From the NCBI GenBank assembly GCA_041653955.1, contig JBAZEH010000004.1, forward strand, positions 5,191 through 69,190: a DNA stretch of 64,000 bases, written 5' to 3'. Made by a program: the position numbers and the translations under genes. The number at the start of each line of letters is the position of its first letter. Position 1 is the stretch's first letter. Under the pieces are notes generated by a model that saw only the letters and a program-made list of their open reading frames with translations, was not told where the DNA came from and did no database searches. This stretch comes from Candidatus Omnitrophota bacterium. Its GTDB lineage: Bacteria > Omnitrophota > Gorgyraeia > Gygaellales > Profunditerraquicolaceae. Shown here in pieces: positions 29,994 to 40,238 of this stretch.

Positions 29994-32066
29994 ATGCGCG
30001 GCAAAGTAGCAGGAGGTATCTGTATCACAGTATTGCTGGTATCAAGCTTATGGGCAGCAGAGGAAACGCCGGTAGCAGCGTTGGATAAAATAGTAGTTAC
30101 TCCGTATCGTTATGCGGAATCATTAGGAAAAACAGTATCAAGTATTACCGTAATAACTTCGGATGAAATAAAGAATTCTAATGCTGAAAAAGTTATCGAT
30201 ATCCTTAGGCCAGTTCCTGGATTGGTAGTAAGAGATTGGTATGGTAATGGCACAAAAGCATCTGTTGATATGGCGGGGTTTGGCGAACAAGGGGGCTTAA
30301 ATGTCTTAGTCTTGATAGACGGGAGGCGCGCGAATGACGTTGATTTAAGCGGAGTCGACTGGAACCAAATCCCATTAGAACAGGTAGAACGGATTGAAAT
30401 CATACGTGGCGGCTCTGCAGCAGTATTATATGGGGACAACGCTTCGTCAGGAGTAATTAATATAATAACTAAAAAAGGTTCGGGAAAACCTACAGTCAAT
30501 ATCAAGACTCAATACGGCAGCTATGATACGCATAAAGAGAGCCTTTCCTTGGGCGGAGAGATTAATGATAAATTCTCGTATATGTTTAATGCTGGGCAGG
30601 GAGCAACCCATGGTTACCGCGATAACAGCTATGAGAAAACTACTGACTTTTCATCAAAACTTGAGCATAAGTTTACCGACGCTTTATCTGTACATTTCAA
30701 TTCTGGTTTTCATACCTCATCCTATGGTATGCCTGCTTCCTTATGGCAGGAGTATATAGACGCGCATAATAGGAGATACTCGAAACATGCCGATGATCAT
30801 GCTAACAACAAAGACTATTATTTTATCGTAGGAGGTAAGGCTGATTTTTCATCTTTGGGCGGGATAGATATCGATTTTAGCTACCGTGAAAAGACTACTA
30901 ATTCGTTTTTTCTGACCTCTGGCCTGAATACACAGAAAAACAGGATAAGAACCTTTGGCGTAACCCCAAAATATACATTGGGTAATAGCATCTTAGGCCG
31001 TGATAACAAGCTAATAGCAGGCATTGATTATTATCAGGCTAATTATCGTTCGGATAGGTTCAGTCTTACAAAAGATGATGATCCCAAAAGTTATAGTCGC
31101 GTCAATAAGACTTCTGTAGGCACTTATCTGCAAGACGAGTTTTCTATTTTTGACAAGCTGACTCTGACAGGCGGTTATCGGAGGGAAGCAGTACGCTACG
31201 CTTTAGGCTATCACGATTTTAGCTTTTATAACCCCGATATCGACACAAGCGTCAAGCCCAAGAAAGAGATATTCAATACAGGGCTCGTGTATAATTACGC
31301 AAAGGGATCCAGCGCATTTTTTAATGCCGGAAAGAGTTTCCGTTTTCCTGAAGTCGATGAGTTTACATACAATGATGCTTCGTGGCAGCAGAGACTAAAT
31401 ACTGACCTTAAGCCACAGACTTCTATGAACTACCAGATAGGGGCAAGGCATAAGTTTTCAGACATCTTGAAGTGCGACTTATCTATATATAGGATGTATG
31501 TAAAGGACGAGATCTATTATGATCCTAAGTCTTTCACGGATTTTTGGGGTTCATGGATGGGTAAGAACACAAATTATGACAAAACTATTCATGAAGGCGT
31601 CGAGGCTTCTTTTAATGCGAAGATTAGTGAAAAAATAGATCTTATGGGTAATTACGCGTTGACCAAGGCGTATTTTGACGGAGGCCAATATGATAATAAC
31701 GATATACCTATGGTTCCTAGGCATAAGGGGAGCGTAGGGATGACATTCTCGCTATCTAAGGATATTTCTCTTAATGTAATAGGAAACTATGTAGGCAAAA
31801 GGTATTTCCTGAATGATCAGGCCAATGATTATTCTCGTCTTAATGGCTATATGACGGCCGATACTAACCTTATCTGGCGCTATAAAGACCTGGTAATAGC
31901 TTTTGGAATAAACAATATCTTTGATAGGAAATATTCTGAATATGCAGGAGTAATTATTGATAATACCTGGGAGCCTTGTAGCGGCTTAACGTGGCCTGCG
32001 GGCACAAAGTTTTATTATCCTTCAGCAGGCAGGAATTTCTCAATCAGAATGGATTATAAATTCTAA
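29994..32066 (+). CDS. TonB-dependent outer-membrane receptor, BtuB-like (start at MRGKVAGG with signal peptide)
   Basis: Plug domain plus 22-strand barrel; ends in a C-terminal aromatic residue (F); sits downstream of the B12 riboswitch. Confidence 0.88.
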   Translation: MRGKVAGGICITVLLVSSLWAAEETPVAALDKIVVTPYRYAESLGKTVSSITVITSDEIKNSNAEKVIDILRPVPGLVVRDWYGNGTKASVDMAGFGEQGGLNVLVLIDGRRANDVDLSGVDWNQIPLEQVERIEIIRGGSAAVLYGDNASSGVINIITKKGSGKPTVNIKTQYGSYDTHKESLSLGGEINDKFSYMFNAGQGATHGYRDNSYEKTTDFSSKLEHKFTDALSVHFNSGFHTSSYGMPASLWQEYIDAHNRRYSKHADDHANNKDYYFIVGGKADFSSLGGIDIDFSYREKTTNSFFLTSGLNTQKNRIRTFGVTPKYTLGNSILGRDNKLIAGIDYYQANYRSDRFSLTKDDDPKSYSRVNKTSVGTYLQDEFSIFDKLTLTGGYRREAVRYALGYHDFSFYNPDIDTSVKPKKEIFNTGLVYNYAKGSSAFFNAGKSFRFPEVDEFTYNDASWQQRLNTDLKPQTSMNYQIGARHKFSDILKCDLSIYRMYVKDEIYYDPKSFTDFWGSWMGKNTNYDKTIHEGVEASFNAKISEKIDLMGNYALTKAYFDGGQYDNNDIPMVPRHKGSVGMTFSLSKDISLNVIGNYVGKRYFLNDQANDYSRLNGYMTADTNLIWRYKDLVIAFGINNIFDRKYSEYAGVIIDNTWEPCSGLTWPAGTKFYYPSAGRNFSIRMDYKF

Positions 32067-32072
32067 CTTTTC

Positions 32073-32115
32073 TGGGACAGCCGTTACTTTTTATAAAAAA
32101 GTAGTGGCTGTCCCC
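32073..32115 (+). terminator. imperfect stem-loop after the receptor gene
   Basis: gggacagccgttacttttt..aaaaagtagtggctgtccc with two mismatches. Confidence 0.45.
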
Positions 32116-32162
32116 ACTTAATTATTTACAGGGAAAAATATTTGTGCTAATCTGATTCCGAT

Positions 32163-32858
32163 ATGTTTTCCGATAAAGCGTTCACTATAGCCTTTACCTT
32201 GTCCGTGATCACTCACGGGGTCATGCTTTTCCAGAGCAATAAGCTTGACCTGAATATCTTCCCTAAAAAAGATAAGGAACCGGTCCTTGAGTTAAGCTAT
32301 GTAAAGGCCCCCGAAAAGGTGATTGAGTTCAAAGATCCCCCGAAAAAAAGCCTGGACAGGAGTGAGCCTTTCTTGAAACTTTCTTCAAAGGTCACTGCCG
32401 CCAAGATGACGCCCCCTCCGGCAATAGACAGGGAGGGGCTCTTCAAAAAGAGCTCCGAAAGCACCCCGCTTAAGGAATTCTTTAATAAACCGGCTTTCAT
32501 CAAGCCTGATATCATCTCGGTCAAGAAAAAGATCAGCCTGCCTCCGATAGACCTGGATAAGATAGATAACCCCTCATATATAAGCTATTACCAGATTGTC
32601 AGGGAGAAGATCAGGCGCGCAGCGTATCAAAATTACACCCGCACCGAAACAGGGGAGATCTATCTCACATTCCTGATATCGCAGGAGGGCTACCTTAAGG
32701 CTGTGCAGGCCATAGATGAAAAGTCTTCATACAGCTCTTACCTCAAAGAGACCGCGCTAAGGAGCATACAAGACGCTTCTCCATTCCCCGTCTTCCCTAA
32801 AGAGCTGGATTATCCGCAGCTTTCCTTCAACGTAGTCATATCCTTTGAAGTGGAATAA
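32163..32858 (+). CDS. tonB: TonB-family energy transducer (C-terminal TonB domain)
   Basis: 231 aa; N-terminal TM segment, Pro/Lys-rich spacer, C-terminal TonB fold. Confidence 0.65.
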   Translation: MFSDKAFTIAFTLSVITHGVMLFQSNKLDLNIFPKKDKEPVLELSYVKAPEKVIEFKDPPKKSLDRSEPFLKLSSKVTAAKMTPPPAIDREGLFKKSSESTPLKEFFNKPAFIKPDIISVKKKISLPPIDLDKIDNPSYISYYQIVREKIRRAAYQNYTRTETGEIYLTFLISQEGYLKAVQAIDEKSSYSSYLKETALRSIQDASPFPVFPKELDYPQLSFNVVISFEVE

Positions 32859-32883
32859 GCCAAAAGCGGGCCTATTAATTCGC

Positions 32884-32912
32884 ATTGACATCCTGCCCAA
32901 TCAGTGGTAATA
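32884..32912 (+). promoter_or_regulatory. sigma70 consensus promoter (TTGACA, 17 nt, TAATAT) for rpsU
   Basis: ttgacatcctgcccaatcagtggtaatat read directly. Confidence 0.7.
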
Positions 32913-32940
32913 TATCAAACTTACAAAGGAGATGATGAAA

Positions 32941-33102
32941 ATGCCGGAAATTGAGGTTAAAAAAGACGAATCTTTTGAGTCGGCGCTGCGCCGTTTCAAG
33001 AGAAAGATCGAGCAGGAAGGTATCCTGAGAGAGCTCAGGGACCGCAAGCACTACGAAAAGCCGAGTGAGCGTAAAAGGAGAAAAACCAGAGGTAGAAGGT
33101 AA
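32941..33102 (+). CDS. rpsU: 30S ribosomal protein S21 (53 aa; missing from the ORF track)
   Basis: Manual translation [48 protein letters not shown]...; RBS aaaggag. Confidence 0.92.
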   Translation: MPEIEVKKDESFESALRRFKRKIEQEGILRELRDRKHYEKPSERKRRKTRGRR

Positions 33103-33105
33103 GAT

Positions 33106-34032
33106 ATGTCTTTGGCGCTTTCTACCTCCTGGAACGCGTTTCGTTACACCGAGGGTAACGGCCTGGTATCAGAGATAAAAGAGCTCGGCTTCAAAGAAAT
33201 AGAGTTAAGCTTCAATCTCACCGAAAATCATATAAAAGATATTGAGAAGGATACCGGGGATAACCGGATGCGGGTCACCAGCGTCCATAATTACTGCCCC
33301 ATCCCGGAAGGCCTGAAACGCGAAGAGGCCCTTCCTGACTGTTTCTCTATGTCTTCCATCAAAGAGGAGGAGCGCAAGGAGGCCGTCAAATATACAAAGA
33401 ACAGTATAGACACGGCCAGGCGCCTTAACGCCAGGGCAGTTGTATTGCACTGCGGGAGGGTGGAAGTCAAGGACAGGACAAGGGACCTGATCAATCTTTA
33501 CGAAAGGGGCCTTAAAGACTCCGAGAGGTTCAAGAAAATAAAGGAAGATATGACAAATACCAGGTCTATCTTCCGCGCCCCCTTCCTGGATAAGGCGCTA
33601 AAAAGCCTTGAAGAGCTGGATCGCTACGCCAGGGAACAGGATATTTTGCTGGGAGTTGAGACGCGTTTTTATTACCGCGAGATCCCATCTAAAGAAGAGA
33701 TAGGCGTGATCCTGGATGAATTTAAAGGATCCAACATATTCTATTGGCATGATACAGGGCATGCCCGGGTGATGGAAAACCTGGGTTTTGCTTCCCGCGA
33801 TGAATATTTGCAGTTATACGGCGGCAGGATGATAGGCGTGCACCTGCATAATGTAAAGGGATGCGATGACCACCAGGCACCTTCTGACGGAGAATTGTCT
33901 TTTGATACCCTGAAACCTTACCTGAAAGAAGATACCCTGAAGGTAATAGAGGCGCATCACCCCGCTACGGCAGAACAACTGAAAGAAAGCAAGAGGTCCC
34001 TGGAAACACTTTTAAATGGCAACCCCAGATAA
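33106..34032 (+). CDS. xylose-isomerase-like TIM-barrel protein (sugar-phosphate isomerase/epimerase family)
   Basis: 308 aa; family resemblance only; substrate unknown. Confidence 0.65.
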   Translation: MSLALSTSWNAFRYTEGNGLVSEIKELGFKEIELSFNLTENHIKDIEKDTGDNRMRVTSVHNYCPIPEGLKREEALPDCFSMSSIKEEERKEAVKYTKNSIDTARRLNARAVVLHCGRVEVKDRTRDLINLYERGLKDSERFKKIKEDMTNTRSIFRAPFLDKALKSLEELDRYAREQDILLGVETRFYYREIPSKEEIGVILDEFKGSNIFYWHDTGHARVMENLGFASRDEYLQLYGGRMIGVHLHNVKGCDDHQAPSDGELSFDTLKPYLKEDTLKVIEAHHPATAEQLKESKRSLETLLNGNPR

Positions 34033-34840
34033 GATAAGGCGCCCCGCGGTAGCAGGACAATTTTACCCTTCATTAAGAGGGGAGTTAATAAAGCAGATAA
34101 GTTCTTTTATAGACAATAAGGCCCGCAAGCAGGATATTATCGCCTGCGTATTGCCTCACGCCGGATATATATATTCCGGGGCAGTAGCAGTCGAAACCCT
34201 ATCAAGGGCCGAGGTCAAAAGCAGGGCTATACTTTTAGGCCCCAACCATACCGGCTATGGGGCAAGATACAGTATAATGACAGAGGGTTCCTGGCAGACC
34301 CCGTTAGGGACAGCCAGGATAGATACCTATCTGGCAGGCAGAATAGCAGAAAGCTCTGAATATCTTGAGGCGGATGAAGGCGCGCATGAACATGAGCACT
34401 CCCTTGAGGTAGAGCTTCCGCTTTTGCAGTATTTTAAAGAAGATATCCGGATAGTCCCCATCATCTTGATGCCGGGTGAACTTACCGCTCTTAAAGATAT
34501 AGGCAGGGGCATAGCCGAAGCTATCATTAAAGATAAGGCAAGAGAAGAAATATTGATAGTGGCCAGCTCCGATATGACCCACTACGAGCCGCAGGAAGAA
34601 GCAGAGAAGAAAGATAGGGAAGCCATAAAAGCTATACTTGAATTAGATGAGGAGGGGCTGATGGAGAGTGTCGCGCGGCTTAATATATCAATGTGCGGAT
34701 ACGCTCCTGTAATAACTATGATCTCAGCGGCTAAAGCGTTGGGGGCTAAAAAGGCCGAACTCATCAGATACCGGACCAGCGCGGATATCACCAAAGACAA
34801 AAGCAGCGTCGTAGGTTACGCGGGAATGATCATATACTGA
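34016..34840 (+). CDS. Memo-family protein (AmmeMemoRadiSam system protein B)
   Basis: 274 aa; N-terminal VAGQFYP motif with the conserved His/Asp pattern; 17-nt overlap with the upstream gene. Confidence 0.85.
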   Translation: MATPDKIRRPAVAGQFYPSLRGELIKQISSFIDNKARKQDIIACVLPHAGYIYSGAVAVETLSRAEVKSRAILLGPNHTGYGARYSIMTEGSWQTPLGTARIDTYLAGRIAESSEYLEADEGAHEHEHSLEVELPLLQYFKEDIRIVPIILMPGELTALKDIGRGIAEAIIKDKAREEILIVASSDMTHYEPQEEAEKKDREAIKAILELDEEGLMESVARLNISMCGYAPVITMISAAKALGAKKAELIRYRTSADITKDKSSVVGYAGMIIY

Positions 34841-34844
34841 TACA

Positions 34845-35195
34845 ATGGAAGAACCCAAAAAGAATATAGACGAAAGCTGGAAGGAAGCGGCAGCCAAAGA
34901 AAAGGCCAACAAAGAAAAGGAAGGCAAGGCCGTCCCGGCGGAGCCGGATTTCAGCTTCTTTATCACGACATTATCATTGCAGGCCTCTATTGACCTGGGA
35001 GCCATACCTAATCCGGCGACCAACAAGCAAGAAGAGAACCTCACGCAGGCGAAGTTCCTTATTGATACCCTGGGGATGCTGAAAGAGAAAACAAAAGGCA
35101 ACCTCACCACTGAAGAAGCTAATTTCATAGAGAACGTGCTTTATGAACTAAGGATGCAATATATAGCAAAAACCCAAAAGGAGGGCGCGAAATGA
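34845..35195 (+). CDS. DUF1844-family protein
   Basis: 116 aa; KE-rich N-terminus followed by PDFSFFITTLSLQASIDLG. Confidence 0.6.
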   Translation: MEEPKKNIDESWKEAAAKEKANKEKEGKAVPAEPDFSFFITTLSLQASIDLGAIPNPATNKQEENLTQAKFLIDTLGMLKEKTKGNLTTEEANFIENVLYELRMQYIAKTQKEGAK

Positions 35196-35347
35196 TAGAT
35201 AAAGAGCTTTTGGATATTCTGGCGTGCCCCGCGTGCAAAGGGGACGTAGAGCTTAAAGATAACAAGATAGTCTGCAAGAAGTGCGCGAAGAAGTACCCCA
35301 TAAAAGACGGCATCCCTGTAATGCTTATAGATGAGGCCGAGGATTAA
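35192..35347 (+). CDS. Trm112-like small zinc-ribbon protein (51 aa; missing from the ORF track)
   Basis: MIDKELLDILACPACKGDVEL...CKKCAKKYPIKDGIPVML; ATGA overlap with the upstream gene. Confidence 0.8.
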   Translation: MIDKELLDILACPACKGDVELKDNKIVCKKCAKKYPIKDGIPVMLIDEAED

Positions 35348-35779
35348 ATGAAAAAGATACTGGTCATACATGGCCCTAACCTTAATCTTCTGGGCGTAAG
35401 AGAGCCTGAAGTATACGGGAAGGTGACCCTTAAGCAGGTCAATGAGGCGCTAAAAAAAATCGCCAAAAAGAAAAAGGTTACTATAACCATAAAACAGTCT
35501 AACCACGAAGGGGAGATAGTAGACCTCATAGGCAGGATGAAATATAAATATGACGGCCTCCTGATAAATCCGGCTGCCTATACGCATACCAGCGTAGCTA
35601 TAAGGGACGCTATTTCGGCGAACAGGGTGTTGGCGGTAGAAGTGCACCTTTCTAATATCTATTCCAGGGAAGAGTTCAGGCACAAATCCCTCATCAGCCC
35701 CGTGGCAAAAGGGACTATAATGGGTTTCGGGTTAAACAGCTACCTTCTGGGGCTCGAGGCGTTAATAGACCTCCTTTAA
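35348..35779 (+). CDS. aroQ: 3-dehydroquinate dehydratase type II
   Basis: 143 aa; HGPNLNLLG and NPAAYTHTS motifs. Confidence 0.93.
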   Translation: MKKILVIHGPNLNLLGVREPEVYGKVTLKQVNEALKKIAKKKKVTITIKQSNHEGEIVDLIGRMKYKYDGLLINPAAYTHTSVAIRDAISANRVLAVEVHLSNIYSREEFRHKSLISPVAKGTIMGFGLNSYLLGLEALIDLL

Positions 35780-35794
35780 AAGTACGGTGTAAAT

Positions 35795-36850
35795 TTGCGC
35801 ATCCAAAGGATATGTGCCGGGTTATCCCGGAAAAATCTGGACGCACTGCTTGTCAGTTCCGCGGAGAATATCTCATATCTTACCGATTATCCCAGCCGGG
35901 ATTCATACCTGCTTGTATCAAAAAAATCAAATATCTATTTCACTGACTCAAGGTATATGGAGGAGGCAGAGAAAGCGCTCAAGGGAAAAGCTGTTGTAAG
36001 GCAGTTAAAGGGCCCCCTGTTTCAAGCGGTAGCAGATGCCTGCTCTAAGCTCGGGCTTAGGCGCGTAGGATTTGAAGAAGGAAATATCTCATACGCCTGG
36101 CACGCGAAGATAGAGCGCGAACTGGCAGATAAGGCGCGCCTTTTCCCCTCCGGCGGTATAATAGAAGCCTTAAGAGAGATAAAAACAGCCGGGGAAATCA
36201 AGAAGATACGGAAAGCGGCCAGCATAGCGGTTGAAGGCTTTAGGTTCATTAAGAAACTGCTCTCACCCGGGATGAAGGAGATAGAAGCAGCGGCAGAGTT
36301 GGAGCGCTTTATAAGATATAACGGGGCGTGCGCCTCGGCATTTGATATCATCGTGGCTTCGGGCCCGAACTCCAGCCTTCCTCACCACCTGACATCCCAC
36401 AGGAAGATCGGCAAAAATGAACCTATACTTATAGATATGGGCGTTAATTACCTGGGATATAAATCTGACTTGACAAGGGTATACTTTTTGGGTAAAATAA
36501 CCCCTGCTGTAGCAAAGATATACGATATAGTTCGCGCGGCAAACCATTACGCGATAAGCAGAATAAAGCCATCTGTTCATAAAAATATTATTGACGCAGC
36601 TGCCCGCCAATATATAACCCGAAAAGGATACGGCGGGTTTTTTGGTCATAGTTTAGGGCACGGCATAGGGCTGGAAACACACGAAGGGCCCCGCATATCG
36701 CAGTTTGCGAAAGGCCCCTTAAAGCCGGGGATGGTATTTACGGTAGAGCCGGGCATATACCTGCCAGGCAGGTTTGGCATAAGATTAGAGGATATGGTTC
36801 TCGTAACCAGGAAAGGGTGTGAGGTACTAAGTGGCGTTCTCGATAAATGA
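35795..36850 (+). CDS. Xaa-Pro aminopeptidase (M24B)
   Basis: 351 aa; HSLGHGIGL and pita-bread metal ligands. Confidence 0.88.
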   Translation: MRIQRICAGLSRKNLDALLVSSAENISYLTDYPSRDSYLLVSKKSNIYFTDSRYMEEAEKALKGKAVVRQLKGPLFQAVADACSKLGLRRVGFEEGNISYAWHAKIERELADKARLFPSGGIIEALREIKTAGEIKKIRKAASIAVEGFRFIKKLLSPGMKEIEAAAELERFIRYNGACASAFDIIVASGPNSSLPHHLTSHRKIGKNEPILIDMGVNYLGYKSDLTRVYFLGKITPAVAKIYDIVRAANHYAISRIKPSVHKNIIDAAARQYITRKGYGGFFGHSLGHGIGLETHEGPRISQFAKGPLKPGMVFTVEPGIYLPGRFGIRLEDMVLVTRKGCEVLSGVLDK

Positions 36851-37397
36851 GATAAAAGCAGGCGTAACCGTCCTTGTGGACGGCGATGTGTATGTGGTCG
36901 TAGAAACGCAGCACGTAAAACCCGGGAAGGGTTCGGCTTTTGTGCGCGCTAAGATGAGGAACCTTAAGACCGGCAACATACAGGACAAGACGTTCAGGGG
37001 GGATGAGAAGATAGAATCGGCTTTCGTGGAAGAGAGAAAGCTTCAATACCAGTATTCTTCAGGGGGCTTGAGCCATTTTATGGACCAGGATAACTTTGAA
37101 GAGATAGCCATATCCGAGGATATTCTCTCGGATAAAAAGAAATTCCTGAAGGACAACCTTGAAGTAAGCGGCTATTTCTATAAAAATGAGACTCTGAACA
37201 TAAGCCTTCCGAATTTCATAGTCTTTGAGATCATTCATACCGAACCGGGCATAAAAGGAGATACCGCCAAGAGCGGCACTAAACCCGCGGAAATAGAGAC
37301 CGGGGCCACTATCCAGGTCCCGCTTTTTATAGATACCGGAGATAAGGTCAAGGTAGATACCCGGACAGGAGAATATATAGAAAGGTCGTATTCATAA
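36831..37397 (+). CDS. efp: elongation factor P (GTG start)
   Basis: 188 aa; VKPGKGSAFVRAKMRNLKTG. Confidence 0.93.
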   Translation: MAFSINEIKAGVTVLVDGDVYVVVETQHVKPGKGSAFVRAKMRNLKTGNIQDKTFRGDEKIESAFVEERKLQYQYSSGGLSHFMDQDNFEEIAISEDILSDKKKFLKDNLEVSGYFYKNETLNISLPNFIVFEIIHTEPGIKGDTAKSGTKPAEIETGATIQVPLFIDTGDKVKVDTRTGEYIERSYS

Positions 37398-37411
37398 CGA
37401 CGGAGTTATAA

Positions 37412-37873
37412 ATGAATATAAAAGAGATAAAAGAACTGATAAACATCATGAACGAAAACGGGCTGATGGAGCTGGAAATAGAAAAGGACGGTATGCGCGT
37501 CAGGCTGAAAAAAGCGGGCCAGGAACAGGAGGCTTCCGCGGGCCAGACCATAGTCATAGAAAAGTCCGGCATTCCGTCGGTTAATACAGCGGCGGAAGCA
37601 CAAAGAGGCGCGGAAAAAGCGCCTCTGGCCAATGCAGCAGAGATAAAGTCCCCCATGGTAGGGACATTTTATCGCGCCCCTTCTCCGGAATCTCCTCCAT
37701 ACGTAGAGGTAGGCCAGGTAATAGAGCCGGGCCAGGTTATTTGTATCTTAGAAGCAATGAAATTAATGAATGAGATAAAATCCGAGATAAAAGGGAAGAT
37801 ATTGGAGGTCCTTGTAGACAATACCGAGCCCGTAGAGTTCGGGCAGCCGATCTTCCTGGTAGAGCCTCTTTAA
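37412..37873 (+). CDS. accB: biotin carboxyl carrier protein
   Basis: 153 aa; EAMKLMNEI biotinylation motif. Confidence 0.93.
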   Translation: MNIKEIKELINIMNENGLMELEIEKDGMRVRLKKAGQEQEASAGQTIVIEKSGIPSVNTAAEAQRGAEKAPLANAAEIKSPMVGTFYRAPSPESPPYVEVGQVIEPGQVICILEAMKLMNEIKSEIKGKILEVLVDNTEPVEFGQPIFLVEPL

Positions 37874-37899
37874 ACCCGGATAAATAATTTACTGGAATA

Positions 37900-39246
37900 A
37901 TGTTCTCAAAAGTCCTTATTGCCAACCGGGGCGAAATAGCCCTGAGAATCATACGAGCCTGCAGGGAACTGGGTATCGGTACGGTAGCCATATATTCCGA
38001 GGCAGACAAGAGCTCTCTTCACACCCGCTTTGCCGATGAAGCGATCTGCATAGGCAAGGCCCCCAGCAGCAACAGCTATCTTAATATACCCGCTATTATA
38101 AGCGCCGCAGAAATAACCGACGTGGACGCGATACACCCCGGATACGGTTTTCTCGCGGAAAACCCGCACTTCGCCGATATATGTGAATCATGCCAGATAA
38201 CTTTCATCGGGCCCACTCCGGATAATATCAGGCTTATGGGCGATAAGATGGCAGCCCGCGTTAATATGCAAAAAACAGGGCTCCCGGTAGTCCCCGGCAG
38301 CATATCAGCGATCAAGAATAAAGAAGAGGCCCTCAAGACTTCCAGGAAGATAGGGTATCCCGTGATAATAAAAGCGGCGGCGGGAGGCGGAGGCAAAGGG
38401 ATGAGGATAGCCCATAACGATATAAGCCTTATCAGCAACCTGATGACCGCGCAGGCTGAAGCCGAGGCTAACTTCGGCAACTCAAGCGTTTATATAGAAA
38501 AATACGTTGAGAAACCGCGCCATATAGAGATACAGATACTGGCGGATAAATACGGCCACGTAATACACCTTGGAGAGAGGGATTGCAGTATCCAAAGGAG
38601 GCACCAGAAGCTGTTAGAGGAATCTCCTTCCCCCGCGGTAGATCCAAAGATGCGCAAGCGCCTCGGAGAACTCGCGGTAAAAGGCGCTAAGGCAATAAAT
38701 TATGTAGGTGCCGGCACCATAGAGTTCCTGCTGGATTCAAAAGATAATTTTTATTTCATGGAGATGAACACCAGGATACAGGTAGAACATCCGGTCACAG
38801 AGATGGTAACGGGGATAGACCTGATAAAGGAGCAGATCAGGGTAGCGGCAGGCGAAAAGCTGCGCTATCACCAGGAAGATATAAAGTTCAGGGGCGCCGC
38901 GATAGAGTGCCGCATCAACGCCGAAGATTACGAAAATAATTTCATGCCTTCGCCGGGAAAAATAGAGAACCTTAATCTTCCGGGAGGCGCGGGAGTGCGC
39001 GTGGATACCCATATATACGCCGGTTACGAGGTCCCGACATTTTATGATTCCCTGCTGGCTAAACTGATAACTTACGGCAACACAAGGGCTGAAGCGCTGG
39101 CGACAATGCACAGGGCCCTGCTTGAATTCCACATATCCCCGATAAAGACAACAGTGCCTTTTCACATTAAACTCCTTGAGAACCCCCTGTTCATAAAGGG
39201 CGAGATATCAACCCATTTTGTCCAGGAAATGCTATCGGAGGAATAA
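37900..39246 (+). CDS. accC: biotin carboxylase
   Basis: 448 aa; ATP-grasp; canonical AccC. Confidence 0.95.
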   Translation: MFSKVLIANRGEIALRIIRACRELGIGTVAIYSEADKSSLHTRFADEAICIGKAPSSNSYLNIPAIISAAEITDVDAIHPGYGFLAENPHFADICESCQITFIGPTPDNIRLMGDKMAARVNMQKTGLPVVPGSISAIKNKEEALKTSRKIGYPVIIKAAAGGGGKGMRIAHNDISLISNLMTAQAEAEANFGNSSVYIEKYVEKPRHIEIQILADKYGHVIHLGERDCSIQRRHQKLLEESPSPAVDPKMRKRLGELAVKGAKAINYVGAGTIEFLLDSKDNFYFMEMNTRIQVEHPVTEMVTGIDLIKEQIRVAAGEKLRYHQEDIKFRGAAIECRINAEDYENNFMPSPGKIENLNLPGGAGVRVDTHIYAGYEVPTFYDSLLAKLITYGNTRAEALATMHRALLEFHISPIKTTVPFHIKLLENPLFIKGEISTHFVQEMLSEE

Positions 39247-39599
39247 TGCGTAACGAAGAAAACCAGACAGACCTGGGGAATATCAAGATACACAAGAACG
39301 TAATTGCCTCCATAGCGTCAATAGCGGCAACGGAAATAGAAGGGGTAAAACGCATAGGCGGCGGGTTAAAGAGCGGGCTCCTTGAGCTTATCGGCAAAAA
39401 GGCGCTGATGGCTATCAAGGTAGAAATAGACAAGAATGACGAGATAAAGCTTGAAGTGCCGCTGGTAATAAAATACGGCTTCAATATCCCTGATATATCA
39501 AACAGGGTCCAGGAAAATATCCGTAACGCCCTGGAGAAGATGACAAACCTGTCCATAAAATATATAAATATAAACGTCCAGAGCATAGAGAGGGGGTAA
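39246..39599 (+). CDS. Asp23/Gls24-family alkaline shock protein
   Basis: 117 aa; Asp23 family. Confidence 0.8.
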   Translation: MRNEENQTDLGNIKIHKNVIASIASIAATEIEGVKRIGGGLKSGLLELIGKKALMAIKVEIDKNDEIKLEVPLVIKYGFNIPDISNRVQENIRNALEKMTNLSIKYININVQSIERG

Positions 39600-39602
39600 T
39601 AG

Positions 39603-40208
39603 ATGCGCATATTCACGGTCTTGGGTATATTCTTTTACGCTGCGGTCCTCACCATTATAGGGATGGCATTAATAGTGTTTTCCTTTAATATACTGCAACC
39701 GCAGGATATAAGCAGCATCCTGGTATATGCGCAATACAGCCTCAATTCAAGGATCATTATCGGGCTTTCCGGATTCCTGCTGATAGTGATAAGTTTTTCT
39801 TTCGCGCAGCTGATATTGGGGCGTTTTCAGCGCGAGAGGACTATCGCTTTCACGACAGCTTCCGGAGAAGTTACCATAGCCTTATCCGCGGTTGAAGACC
39901 TTATAAAACGTATCGCCGTCCTTATCCCCGAAATAAAAGAATTAAGGCCGGATGTGATCGCCTCTAAAAAAGGTATCATCGTGGATATCAGGGTAGTATT
40001 AAGGTCAGAGGCGAATATCCCTGAACTTACGGCGAGGCTGCAGGATATAACCAGGTCCAAAATACAGGAGATACTTGGGCTTGAGGAACAAATAGTGATC
40101 AAGATACACGTAGTAAAGATAATCTCAACGCATGAAGCTGACAGAAGGAAGAAGGACCAGGCGAAGGAAGAACCGGCCATACCTTTTGGAGGGTACGGCA
40201 GGGCGTAA
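39603..40208 (+). CDS. membrane protein, AmaP-like putative Asp23 anchor
   Basis: 201 aa; two N-terminal TM segments; gene pairing with Asp23. Confidence 0.55.
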   Translation: MRIFTVLGIFFYAAVLTIIGMALIVFSFNILQPQDISSILVYAQYSLNSRIIIGLSGFLLIVISFSFAQLILGRFQRERTIAFTTASGEVTIALSAVEDLIKRIAVLIPEIKELRPDVIASKKGIIVDIRVVLRSEANIPELTARLQDITRSKIQEILGLEEQIVIKIHVVKIISTHEADRRKKDQAKEEPAIPFGGYGRA

Positions 40209-40238
40209 TTTACATAATAATAAGATCAGGAGGATTTT

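Noticed and set aside
36263-37046. Minus-strand ORFs (36263-36649, 36738-37046) across the pepP/efp junction
   Set aside because: Antisense to two well-supported conserved genes; no RBS.
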